Source: Chrysomallon squamiferum (lineage: Eukaryota; Animalia; Mollusca). Taken from it: a stretch of 64,000 nucleotides of DNA. The notes under the pieces were generated by a model. That model saw nothing but the letters and a program-made list of their open reading frames with translations. It had not been told where the DNA came from and ran no database searches. The stretch is taken from NCBI GenBank assembly GCA_012295275.1, contig CM022677.1, positions 25,110,001-25,174,000 on the forward strand, in the 5' to 3' direction. How positions within the stretch are numbered: position 1 is the stretch's first letter; every line of letters starts with the position of its first letter. A program made the translations under genes and the position numbers. Positions 17,556 to 43,711 of the stretch are shown piece after piece.

Positions 17556-18251
17556 ATATTACTTTATTATCTGTTAGTTTTATTTATAAATATTTAATTT
17601 TGTTATTTTTTTATTTTTTTTTTTTATTAATTGTCCAATAAGCAGATGATTCTGACAATTTGTTTACATTTCTATTTCATGATGTTGATTGTCATTTTCA
17701 TTTATTTCATCACTATACTATTTTTTTCTGCCAATATTTGTTAACTTGAAAAAAAAAATAGTTTTATGTTTCTAAATGTGTTGTACTCTGGAATTTAACA
17801 GAACGTGGATACAAAATGTAGATACATCCAAATACAAACAAATATGAATAAAATAATGAAGGCTGATGCGTTGAAGAAATTATTTCGTGTCTCATTTTAA
17901 ATATTAATAACCAAACACAGCTGCCCGTACCTCAAGTTTTTTAAATGACATCTTTGTAACACTTGTCAAACTCACATTAGTGTATATTAACTGACTTAAT
18001 TAATTACCAAATTTACACTTTAATCGACTACCACCAGTAAATGATTAATGGGAAGCCTCCATTCAGAGATAATGTTTTTACACGCAAATACACTTCTGTC
18101 TAGAGTATTCAAGAAAAAAGAAATATACATATGAAGTCTAAACCCAAAGACTAACCACACTGGATAACAAATAAATGACAGAAATAAAAGATATTTTGAT
18201 ACTTTGGTGTTTTATTATTTCAAACTTGTCTCAGTAACTGTAGAACGTATT

Positions 18252-25172
<6,921 letters not shown>

Positions 25173-25278
25173 TGTTCTCGGGAACGTGGTCCTTCAAATA
25201 ATAACAACAATTATTTCAACACGTGTAGAACAATGGCTAGACAGCTAATAGAAGAAAGGAAAATGTATCTATATATAT

Positions 25279-25319
<41 letters not shown>

Positions 25320-25321
25320 AG

Positions 25322-25374
<53 letters not shown>

Positions 25375-26069
25375 AATACAAGAAATTTACATGCATATAC
25401 ATGTTTGTGTTTTATATAATATTAATATATATATATATATTAATACTTACACATACGCCACACACACGCACACTCAACTATGTAAAACAAATTTACGTTT
25501 TGTTCAATAAATAAGAATGACATTTGTGTGGGAATAACTGTTTTTTTCTTTCTTGATTATTTATATTTGTTTGTTTATTTATTTGTTTATTTGTTATTTG
25601 TTCGTTGTTGTTTAATTTTTGTTTATGCATTTATTTATTTAGATAAATGAAGATAGTATGAAGATAAATAAATAAATAAATAAACAACTGAATACAAAAA
25701 GAAATATAAAAAAATTAAAAAAGAAAAGCAACACACACAGTCACAAACAAATACAGACACACATTATTTTAGTGTTCTTAATATTCCTCTGTTTATTATC
25801 AGTGTATAATGTGTACAAAGAAAATGTGTAAAAGAGTTAACAATTATTTCCAAAGCGAGCACTCACACACACGCACACACACACACACACACACACATTC
25901 ATTCTTGAGTTTAAAACTATATTCAAGAAAATATAAAATTATGAAGATATGAATACAAAATTGTACCAGAAAACCAATCCATCAAAGTAATAAATGTAAT
26001 AAACAATTATTTCTACGAATCAAAATTCAAACTTACTTCAAAACAAATCGCAGTTTGCGATAACTGCTT

Positions 26070-26318
26070 ATTGCAGATCTATTGATTTCATCACGCACCA
26101 CGTCATCTACATAAGCTATGATGTCATAGAATCTGTAACCTAAAACGAAAATTGACTGTCCATATACGTATTTGTGTGTGTGTGTGCGTGTGCGTGTAGT
26201 TAGGTATGTATGTATGTATGTATGATATGTTTAAAGATACTGCTTACGCCTACCCACACATATATACACCTTCTTCTTGTTATTATCATTATCATCATCA
26301 TTATCATCATCATTATGA

Positions 26319-26385
<67 letters not shown>

Positions 26386-27538
26386 AACCGGGATCTCCAC
26401 GGACTACTATAACAACAGAATTCACATATATCTCTTTAGCCAAATGCACTTTCCACCAAGGACTCAGAGCTGTTCGTTCCGAGTGTAGCAAGCACCTTCC
26501 ATCAGATTATTGTTTCTGATGCCGTCAACGGCCTTGTCTTTCGTGGACGTTTTTTCCTTGCTTGCTGCGAGAGAAAAGCAATAAACTATATAAGTAAATA
26601 AAAGAAAAACATAATAATAATAATAATAACAGTACTACAACTATTACAACAACAACTACTACTACTACAACTACTAAAACTACTACTACTACTAATACTA
26701 CTACTGCTAATAATAATAATAATTATAATAATAAGTAAATAAATAAACAAAAAGAAAACATAAGTGAAAAATTAAGAGCAGACACTCCATGACAAATCGT
26801 AGTTTCTTAATTCACACTTTATGAATCGATTCAGTTATTTAGAGTTGGATATTTTTTACATACTATTACTCTCTAGTGTGTACTCCGATATACCTATCTT
26901 TTTTTTTGTTATTGGAAGAAATTTGTACGGCTTTGAAATAGTCTATGTGGTTATAATCACCTATTCGTATGCCGAAAATGCACACAGCAGCAAGACTAAT
27001 AACATCTTCATAAACGACAGGTCCGTATTTTCTAATCCTAACAGCTATAGCAAGAACAGGATTTAAACATTTAAAATCAACAGTAACACAATTTCAAAAT
27101 AATAGGAGGACTACGTACAGTGCATACTTTGATATTTCTGTGAGGTATTGATGTGGTGTTCACATATGAATTAAACTGTAAAATTATGCAGACGTTGAAC
27201 TGTCACTACATTATAAGCATCATTATAATAATGATAAAATAGAAGTTGAAATAGAAAAGTTACAATTTTAGCTATATATCCGTTTGCCTGAATATCTCTA
27301 TCTAGTTTAATACTTTATATATGCGGATAACAAATGAAAGACCCTCGGCGTAAATCAATTGACTGAAGTCTATCATCCGCTATGGATACTGATCATTTTG
27401 TAGTGTATGAGTGTTGGTATCATTGTCATTCAACTGCTTTATCAGAAACGTTGTAAGCACTCGTAGCCCAGTCGAGTTGATAGATAATGCGATTGGTAGG
27501 AGGCAGACCGCTGCACTGACAGACAGATTGATAGATAG

Positions 27539-27635
<97 letters not shown>

Positions 27636-29253
27636 GTGAGTAAGGGGGGATGGATAGAATAAAAATACACAAAGATAGATCGATAAGTCGATAGATCGTC
27701 ATATAGAGATGAATAGATAGATCTATGAATCGATAGATCGATACATATATTGAAAGATGGAAGGATGCGTGGCTGATAGGTATGTCGGTAAAGATACGAT
27801 CAGACAGACAGGGGAACAGATACTTTGATATAATATAGGCAAAAAGTTAGACAAAATGATGTAACGAAACAAACGATCGATCAAAACAAATAAGTATTGA
27901 ATGGGAGATGAAGACAAACGGGGAATATAAAAACATTTTCTTCTGGATACACAGACACACAAACATGTTCACTTACACACACACAAGCACGCACACATAC
28001 ACGCATATAATCACGCACACACGCACACACACCTTCATGTGGCAGCCGCGTTATCTTAAAACGTTTCAGATGTAGATCTGAATGAGATTAAACATAGATT
28101 TTGAAGAAATAAACGCTATTTATCATACTTTCGTGTGTTTTCCATCCAAAAACGTTCACTTCACAGAGAACAAAGTGATGTTCTTCTTCCTGCGTTGGAG
28201 TTTGAGAAATTTTGACGAATTGACCAATCAGTATTCTAGAACATATAAAACTCTTTGCGATTCCTCTTGGTAAAGCTGTTTTTGAAGAGCACAGACTCCT
28301 ACCAGTTCCTTATCTTTTAGCACTTCAATTTTTGTATTAACAAGATTATTTCCTTGAAGTAGAAAACTAAATAAACAAATAAAATAATAATATCTGTCTG
28401 TCTGTGTGTCTCTGTCTGACTGTCTATCTATCCATCTATCTATTTCTTTTATCCATCTATGTTTGCATGTTTGAACTTTTGTGCTAGTGTGTTTCTTTTT
28501 CTGCGCTGGACTTTACATATAAATGTGCATTACGTATAACCAAGTGTTATCTGTAATCTCTGAAATTTTCGATTAATATTTTTAATGGCTATAGCATTGC
28601 AATTACTTATGATACCAAAAATTGGATTAGTTATTTTATTCACATATATATGTGATGACATCGTAATTTTGACTGATGGAAAGGATATTCGAGGGACTTC
28701 AAGTAATTCAAAAGTAAATGCATTTCAAATGGAGATCGCAAATAAAACTAAAGCAATTAAAGTCACATTTAGCTGGAGGATCAAGGCACACGTAGCTGAG
28801 AAAAATGAATTCATTAGTAGAAGGTAATGACTATCATAATAGCTACCTGCTTAAAGGCTGTCAGCTGAACAAAGAAGATACCTTAATTTTGGTGAACTAA
28901 TGAAGACAGTGTGCTTTCAAGATACAGATAATAAAATAATAATATGTGCTTTTCTAAAGTTTACAATAACAAATTTATTAATTAAGTTAATATTAATTTT
29001 GTAAGTAACCCACCACAACAGTCAGTACCACTCAATACGCAGACTTCAATTATTTCTACGTCTATATGAAGATCAACTGACCATCATGGCTTTCTTTCTG
29101 CAGGATCTAATCGGAAGCAGAATTCGGAGTTCTCTTCAACGTTTCTGATGTCTCCATCAACAGCAAGACTAGAACGATAGTTTTTATATGCTGCTGATGA
29201 CGTTGTAGGTTTGTCGAGAGCTCATTTTGTTCCGTCCTCAGCATATGAACGAA
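26070..29253 (-). pseudogene. F-type lectin X-like pseudogene (domains 1-3, decayed)
   Basis: 29014-29253: domain-1 N exon with two in-frame TGA (29222-29224, 29084-29086). 28129-28352: C exon with a 1-nt deletion. ~27310-27510: degenerate domain-2 N exon (LDWA..DKAV..THTLQNDQYP*RMIDF). 26961-27199: degenerate C exon (QRLHNFTV*...FKCLNPVLAIAVRIRKYGP). 26383-26564: domain-3 N exon, frameshifted just before the conserved His. 26070-26139: truncated C exon. No domain 4. Confidence 0.88.
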
Positions 29254-29601
29254 CTTTGTAAATAAAATAAATATGTAAAGTAGAGAGAGTAATATAGATA
29301 AGGCTGAATGGATATTTCATGTACCGCACATTTGATATACAGATAAATGGATATATAGATACAGAAATACATCGATACATACACATATGAACATTCATAC
29401 TCAATACTCACCCACATACCTATATGCATATATTATTATTATTATTATTATTGTTGTTGTTGTTATTATTATAGTTTTGTTTGTTTCCAGTAAACATGAA
29501 AATTCACTTTAACGTTTATATACATTAAGAAATACAGAGATGAATATACTTTAAAAAAAATTAATAAAACAGTAATAATAAACCATGCAAAAGAAATATA
29601 T

Positions 29602-29651
<50 letters not shown>

Positions 29652-29841
29652 AGTTTCGGACATGTACGCACAAATAAACATGCATGCATATGTGTGTGTG
29701 TATATACATACACACACACACACACACATGCTGTGTGGGTGTGTATATACATATACACACACACACACACACACATGCTGTGTGGGTGTGAGGCTCTTCA
29801 TTTTCTATGTGTGGATATAATATATATATATATATATCTAA

Positions 29842-29872
<31 letters not shown>

Positions 29873-30315
29873 TTTATTTATCTATATATACAGCCAAAAA
29901 GATAAATAGATAGATAGAGAAATATTAACCAAATTTCTACTCAAGTAATATAATAATTCAAACATTTAAACAAAGACAATAAGAATAATAATAAATAATA
30001 TAGATGGAAACAAAATCTGCAGAAGTAATATATTGAATACCAGTATTTAAACAATAACTACATAATATAAACATTAATCGGTCACTGCACACCTAATATA
30101 TAAATGCACACCGAGACAAAGGATACAAAACTGACGCGATTAATAAGCACGTTGAAACTATCGCTGTTGAGTGACACAAACATTTCGTGTTTTATTTATT
30201 TATTTATTTATTTATTTATGTTTTTTTTTTTTTTTTTCAGAGCTTTTTGTTTTAGTTTTAGTTGTTTGTTAGCTTTCTGTATAAAAACACTTTTTGTTAA
30301 TTTTATTTGTTTATT

Positions 30316-30372
<57 letters not shown>

Positions 30373-31274
30373 TTTTTTTTTTATTTTGGTATAAACAGAT
30401 GACAATAACAACTTTATTTATTCAGTTACTGTAATTAATTTATTTCCGAGTTAATTAATCGAACGACCAGCTACCAAGTTATCAGGATCTAAAAAGAGCA
30501 GTCACGCCGTTTTTTTAGCCGAGAGCCAAAATTCAAGAGCCCATAACTCCTAAAATACTGTTTCGAATGAAGTTACGTTTGAGATCTGGCCTAGCTATGA
30601 CAAATTTTACTTTCTAGGAGGTGATCTGATATGATATAACCCATAAACAGGCACAATGACAACTCCTTTAAATTTCTGTTTCATGGTTATTGCTATGATC
30701 GCTTTATATTTATTTCGTTACTCTTTTTTCCCCAGATATTTCTTAATTATAACAGCTAACTTGAAAAAATAGTTTTATGTTTATATATTTGTTGTACTTG
30801 TACTCTGGAATTTAATATAACATGGATACAAAATGTAGATACATCAAAATACAAACAAATATGAATAAAATAATGAAGGCTGATGCGTTGAAAAAATTAT
30901 TTCGTGTCTCATTTTAAATATTAATAACGAAACACAGCTGCCCGTACCTCAAGTTTTTTAAATGACATCTTTGTAACACTTGTCAAACTCACATTAGTGT
31001 ATATTAACTGACTTAATTAATTACCAAATTTACACTTTAATCGACTGGTACTACCAGCAGTAAATGATTAATGAAAAGCCTCCATTAAGAGATAATGTTT
31101 TCTTACGCGAATACACTTCTGTCTAGAGTATTCAAGAAAAAAGAAATATACATATGAAGTCTAAACCCAAAGACTAACCACACTGGATCACAAAAAAATG
31201 ACAAAAATAAAAGATAATTTGATACTTTGGTGTTTTATTATTTCAAACTTGTCTCAGTAACTGTAGAACGTATT

Positions 31275-37481
<6,207 letters not shown>

Positions 37482-37576
37482 TGTTCTCGGGAACGTGGTA
37501 CTTCAAATAATAACAACAATTATACCAACACGTGTAGAACAATGGCTAGACAACTAATAGAAGAAAAAGGAAAATT

Positions 37577-37621
<45 letters not shown>

Positions 37622-37663
37622 GGGTGTGTGAGGGTGTGTTTCAATGCATATATATATATATAT

Positions 37664-37694
<31 letters not shown>

Positions 37695-38261
37695 TATATA
37701 TACACACACACAAAATACAAAAAATGTACATGCATATGCATAGTTGTGTTTTACATATATATATATATAATACTAATACATACGCCACACTCTCACACAT
37801 GAACTATTTGTGTGGAAATAACTGTTTTTTTCTTTCTTGTCTATTTATATTTGTTTATTTATTATTTCATTTTTTGTTGTTGTTGTTTTTTTGGTTTATT
37901 TATGTATTTATTTATTTAAATAAATGAAAATAGTATGAAGATAAATAAATAAACAACAGAATATAAAAATAAAAAAAAAAAAAAAAAAAAAAACAAACAC
38001 AGACACACAAACACAGACACACATTATTTTAGTGTTATTAATATTCCTCTATTTATTATCAGTTGTATAATGTGTACAAAGAAATATAAAATTATGACGA
38101 TATAAATACAAAACGTACCAGTAAACCAGTCCATCAAAGTAATAAATGTAATAAACAATTATTTAGTTGTGTCATCATTTTCTACGAATCAAAATTCAAA
38201 CTTACTTTAAAACAGATCGCAGTTTGGGATAACTGCTTACGGCAGTTATAGAATTTGATGT

Positions 38262-38631
38262 ACTTGTTTTCATGTCAGTACACCTCCACTTCACACATAG
38301 TTAAAATATTGAAAGGATAGATATAAGGATGCCTTTTACTAAATGTCACGTAGCGACTCGCAATGAACGGACTCCTACAGTTCAATTGCAGATCTATTGA
38401 TTTCATCACGCACCACGTCATCTACATAAGCTATGATGTCATAGAATCTGTAATCTAAAACGATAATTGACTGTCTATATACGTGTATGTGTGTGTGTGT
38501 GTAGTTAGGTATGTATGTATGTATGATATGTTTAAAGAATCTGCTTAGGCCTACCCACATATATACACACCTTCTTCTTGTTATCATCATTATCATCATC
38601 ATTATGATCATTATTATTATTATTATTATTA

Positions 38632-38692
<61 letters not shown>

Positions 38693-38870
38693 GATTATTA
38701 TTACCATAACCGGGATCTCCACGGACTACTATAACAACAGAATTCACATATATCTCTTTAGCCAAATGCACTTTCCACCAAGGACTCAGAGCTGTTCGTT
38801 CCGAGTGTAGCAAGCACCTTCCATCAGATTATTGTTTCTGATGCCGTCAACGGCCTTGTCTGATGTAAAA
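38262..38870 (-). pseudogene. F-type lectin X-like relic (domain 3 only)
   Basis: 38705-~38870 reads DKAVDGIRNNNLMEGAC/frameshift/HSERTALSPWWKVHLAKEIYVNSVVIVVRGDPGY. ~38262-38454 reads YRFYDIIAYVDD.../frameshift/CRSPFIASRYVTF...ILTMCEVEVY* (TGA at 38275-38277 replaces Gly). Duplicate of the 26.1-26.5 kb relic. Confidence 0.88.
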
Positions 38871-39271
38871 GAATCAGACTTACTTATTTGTTTAATTGTG
38901 TACTTATTTTTTATTGAATAATCACAGGACAATAACAACTTCTTTACGTTTCTGTTTCATGCTTCTCGCTACAGATTAATCTTATGGGTTTTTTTTAGTT
39001 TGTTCATATTTTGTCCTCAAGTCTTTATTTTAATTTTTATTATGTTTCTGTTTTGTTTTTTAAACTGTATTAATTAATTAATTAATTAATTAGTTTATTT
39101 ATGTGTATTTATTTTTTATTATTTTATTTTTTTTCAATTAACTTGAAAAGAATTTAACCTTTAATTATTAATTTTTTTAATTTTGCTAATGTTGAAATGC
39201 TAATCAGTGTTACTTTCAAAGACGAGATACATCTGGAGACTGTTTAGCAAGGATACAGAATATATTACATA

Positions 39272-40700
39272 ACTACCCTGGTCAAATTCATTCAGAGGAA
39301 TACACTTCTGCCAGGTGGCAGTACATTATCTAATTGGTCACTGCAAGTTCAGTAGAAAATGGACAAAATTGGATTAGCCCCCCAAAAAAAAACTGCAGTA
39401 AAATTATGATTGCTTCTGGTTTAGGTCGTCATTTTGAATACGCACACCAATTTCGGACAGAATTTGACTACCTGAACCGTTCTAGTTTCCACGAATTCAG
39501 AATGACCATCGGATAACTGCCTGTGTTAATTGTCTCTATGCGATCCATCTTAGACCCTATAAATGTATTACTGAGACAGAAAAGTGACTCTAACAAAGTA
39601 AAATAACCTTGACAATTTGTTCACGTCACATAAACAAGAGATGAAATAATTGATAAAAAAAAAATTAATAATAATAAAAAAAAAAAAAAAAAAAAAATTA
39701 AATAATGACCTACAAATCACTATTATGAGTCATTTTTAGATAATTTTAATATATAAATCAATTGCTTGATACATGGAGAGCGATCGGTCTGAATGATGGT
39801 TAGGGTGTTAAACCTGGAAGTTTGAAAAATCGATATTTAAAGCGTGTAACGAACGACCCTCGTGTGATCTTTGGGCAGAGACAATACGGAGACGTTTGGA
39901 TAGTGCAGTGATCTTTCGAGGGAACTTCAGAACTGGGACACAGATACGTAAAACATCTGATACTCATAGATATATGAAGGAGAGGGGCCAAGACGTTTCA
40001 TGTGAAAAGGCATTCACAAAAACGATTTCGAGTCAATTTTTCTGCCAGATCTTGTCCAGCAAGAGAGATGATATCTGTGAGCAGCTTGTCAGATATGTCA
40101 AAAGGAATTACTAGGTCCATTCACCAAAGATATTACCAAAGAAAAAATAATAGGAAAAGTTGGTTCACGGATATATTGGTTAGGAGAAGCTACATCTCTC
40201 AACGACTGCAAATACGAAGAGTTAAAGACATTTCTGGTACTCGAGTTTCGAGAGGGACTTTGGGCAACTGATGTGGAAACATTAAGAGAACGAGTTCTTG
40301 TCTTTGCATTTAGTGGAAAGGTCGACGAAACACTTGATTAACTCAGAGACAGAAAAAGTTCAGAGTGACGACAAGTCCGAAGTGTATTCAAATTCACACC
40401 TTGATATCGACCTTGATTGTCAAATGAATGGGACCCAAACCGCGGTGTGACAACTCTAGTCAATGTCGACTTGAAATATACCAGTGGCCGAAAGAATGCG
40501 AAAAGCCTTCCTCCACTTAGTAATACCTATACGCAACTACTGAATGCCTTTGAAGCTAGTTAATGATACCAGTGATGTGGGATAAGCAGCGTTAACGTCC
40601 CAAGAAGACGAAAAATAAAAAATGAATAAATAAAATAACTGAACTGGAAAATCCTGTAAGATTGTTCTCCAAAAGATTTGACAAACGCCAGGTAGTGACA
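39272..40700 (+). mobile_element. Decayed DNA-transposon fragment, Academ-like
   Basis: Broken ORF ~39825-40440 (KSIFKACNERPSCDLWAETIRRRLDSAV...NFRTGTQI...RGQDVSCEKAFTKT) resembles, from memory, the N-terminal 'C.ER.D.WA..V..R...NFRTG..IP' region of large invertebrate Academ-type proteins. Multiple stops. Family call unverified. Confidence 0.4.
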
Positions 40701-40930
40701 TGCAGAGGGGGTGGGGGCGAAGGGGCTGTGGCCCCGGGCATCCAATCAACGAAAAGAACGTAATAAATTTTATGATTTATATTTAAATCGAATAAAGTGT
40801 TTATGTTTCATCTGTGTATCTGTGTTTACATATTCAAAATATCTCTCTGTACGTGGCCTTATACTGGAGTCTTTGGGGCATACAATCAGGGAGCTGGCCC
40901 GCGCGTCACCACGCTACTGACGCCAGGCTA
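40691..40930. mobile_element. Short GC-rich-ended MITE-like element
   Basis: GC-rich subterminal blocks (gaggggg...gccccgggcatcc and ggggcatacaatc...ggcccgcgcgtcacc) flank an AT-rich core in an otherwise AT-rich region. TIRs are imperfect. Confidence 0.3.
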
Positions 40931-41625
40931 ACTACTCCATTACTGAGAAAGAAGGTGCAGACTCTGGGTTTTTTCGTTGTTTTTTTTTGTGTTTTTTTTC
41001 ACTGGTATTTTTTCATTCTTTCTTTCTTTTTTCTTTCTTTTTTTTGTTTGATCGTATTGGCCTCAAGCAAAAAATAAAAATAAAAAATAAAAAATAAAAA
41101 ATAAAAAAATAAAAAATAAAAATAAAAAAATGAAGCTGTCATAAAATAATCTACGCTTTTAAATAGGTGATTAAATTCACGACATAAAGATATTCAATCC
41201 TAGTTACGTAATTTATCTGCTCTATATAATAACTTGCTTTCTTATAAGATTGTCCCGATTTAATTATTAATTACATACCCCAGTTATGCATTATACGTGC
41301 ACCAACGAAATGCAAATAACCTTATAATCAGCACAGAATAATTACCTTAATATTACATTAAAAGAGCAAAAAACAACAAAGTTAAGCTGGGTTAATCGTA
41401 GCAGAAGTTTTGTGTTATTTCATAGTAGACAATACATCTATGATTAAAGTAAGAAGATTCGTGCGCTAAGGTGAAAGCTGACATCAAGAAACCTCAGAAT
41501 TTGTATTGCCCATCTAGGCTATATCTCTCAGAGAAAAGAAACAAATGAAATTTAATTCCCGAACATCCGCGGAGATTTCTTATTTTTGATTAAATAACAT
41601 AAATAATTAACAACCACATAATACA

Positions 41626-41660
<35 letters not shown>

Positions 41661-41892
41661 ATATAAACTATAATTAAATACTAAAACAATATAAAAAAAA
41701 AATGAAAAAAAAAAAAATAAAAATAAAAAAATAAAAAAATAATAATAATAACAATAATTAAAAATAAAATAAAATAAATAATAAAATAAACAAATTAATT
41801 AAAAAATCAGATTTCATAAAATTAAAAATACTAAATAATATATTAAATATATAAATAACGACAAAATATAAAGTATAATTAAATACTAAAAC

Positions 41893-42626
41893 TAGCATGG
41901 ACCAATGAATTTTTAAAAAATAAAATCAGGAAACTCATTGTTTTCATACATAATAGTACATGTCTTAGAAGTTGAATGCTTTTTGTTTTAAAGAAAGAGA
42001 GTGGAAATTTTATTTTTAAATAAATTTTTGTATAAGGCCGGTTGACGGACCTTTAATTTAAAAAAAAAAAAAAAAAATTCTGTTATAATGAATGCATCAA
42101 GGCAATCACTCAAATAACACGTGATCAATTTGTAAATACGACCTCTAATGCATTGAAAATGGAAATAAATAAATATATATAAAAGAATTATAATGGTTTC
42201 AAGTATCGTTTTACAACTTCGTACTCAGAACAGTCTGCTATGGAGTTTTAGCAGAATAACGTGTCCACATTATGGTATCTAATGAGAATAGTCATCTTCA
42301 TATTCACGCTCCAGTGTCTGTGAAAATTATTTATTTTATTTTATTATTATTTTATTTTATTTTATTTTTTTTTGGGGGGGGGGCTGGCGACGTCGTAATA
42401 ACATCTGAAAAAATATACAGTACGAAACGTGTACGAGATGGTATGACGTCAAAGTTACAAAAAAATAAAAAATAAAAATAAAAAAATAAAAACAAAAAAA
42501 TTAAAAGGTTTCGACCTTTGCAGCAATTTCTACTCAATAATAGATATCTATGTATGCGAGACATTGATTAAATGACATATTTCCCAAAATTATTATTAAT
42601 AATACACGTTATGTTGGTCCATGCTA
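41893..42626. mobile_element. 734-bp MITE with perfect 13-bp TIRs and target-site duplication
   Basis: TAGCATGGACCAA (41893-41905) and TTGGTCCATGCTA (42614-42626), flanked on both sides by ctaaaac. No coding capacity. Confidence 0.85.
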
Positions 42627-42639
42627 CTAAAACCATATA

Positions 42640-42691
<52 letters not shown>

Positions 42692-43006
42692 GTAGTAATA
42701 ATAATAATAATAATAAATAATAAATTAAATAAATAAATAAATAGTAATAGAATGATAGAGTCTGTGTTTGGTTATTGCATACATTCTATTTTACAGTATA
42801 TGTCCAGTTTCAGGACCAGTGCAGAGTCGAAGACGTTTATTGATTAGTCTTTCTCAAGTTCATAACAATCAAATATTTGTATAATTACTTTTCATTAATT
42901 ATAATTGCATATTTTCTTCAGCTCTCAAAAACAAGATATAATTATTAAGATATTATAATGTTCTCTCTTTTTTAAACCAAAGTTTTACAGATATGAAAAC
43001 ACTTAC

Positions 43007-43120
43007 GTTCATGTCGTCAATTCCTCGCGCTCAGTCACTCCCGAAATTGTCGTCTGCTCCATCGTGGTTCTCCGCAGAAGACGCCGGATCGAGAGTCGTC
43101 TGGTCCGTCCGTCTCAAATT
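43007..43120 (-). other. Putative first exon of an unidentified minus-strand gene (ends ATG AAC|gtaagt)
   Basis: CpG-rich island in AT-rich DNA with a perfect donor gtaagt (plus-strand acttac 43001-43006), ATG at 43010-43012, and CCAAT boxes immediately upstream. No second exon recognised nearby. Confidence 0.55.
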
Positions 43121-43124
43121 CCTC

Positions 43125-43210
43125 AGCCAATCACTGAGCACCACATCTTTCAATATAAAAGAGCGTAATAAATTACGTAGACTGTTGGGTAACCACAATA
43201 ATCCAATCAG
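43125..43210. promoter_or_regulatory. Paired CCAAT (NF-Y-type) boxes
   Basis: agCCAATca at 43125-43133 and atCCAATca at 43201-43209, adjacent to the CpG-rich exon. Confidence 0.5.
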
Positions 43211-43617
43211 ATATTAAAAACAAAATTTTTCTTTAATGAATTAACAACTTTTTTAATTTTTTAATTTTAATTTTATACTGACTTCTTGAATTAGACAATT
43301 GTTACAATAGCCCGAATTAGGCTAGGTAATAGATAATGAAATGAATACTTGTTCTGTTATTTGTCACCAGCGACAAACTGTACTTTCGTCGGCAAACCCT
43401 TCATGAAGCGTACTTCTAAATCCTAAAACGTATTTTCATTTCCTGCGATAAAAAGCAAATTATAAAAATGCAGCTGTATTTATTTATGTATTTATTTATA
43501 GTTTTTAATGGTTTAAGGTATGATGCCTGCTCGTTGCAACTCAGTAAAATTCGTGCAAACATTTTCCCTTTTGTTTGGTCTCTCTCCCCAATTTCTTTCC
43601 TTCACTTCCTTACTACA

Positions 43618-43711
<94 letters not shown>

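Noticed and set aside
29084-29224. TGA-as-Trp recoding (mitochondrial code or selenocysteine) of the psiX exon
   Set aside because: Nuclear intron-containing context; neighbouring exons carry frameshifts and TAA/TAG stops; paralogues use TGG; positions are Trp, not Cys.
42993-43217. 74-aa plus-strand ORF MKTLTFMSS...
   Set aside because: No recognisable homology; the strong splice donor is on the minus strand, so the GC-rich patch is better explained as a minus-strand first exon.
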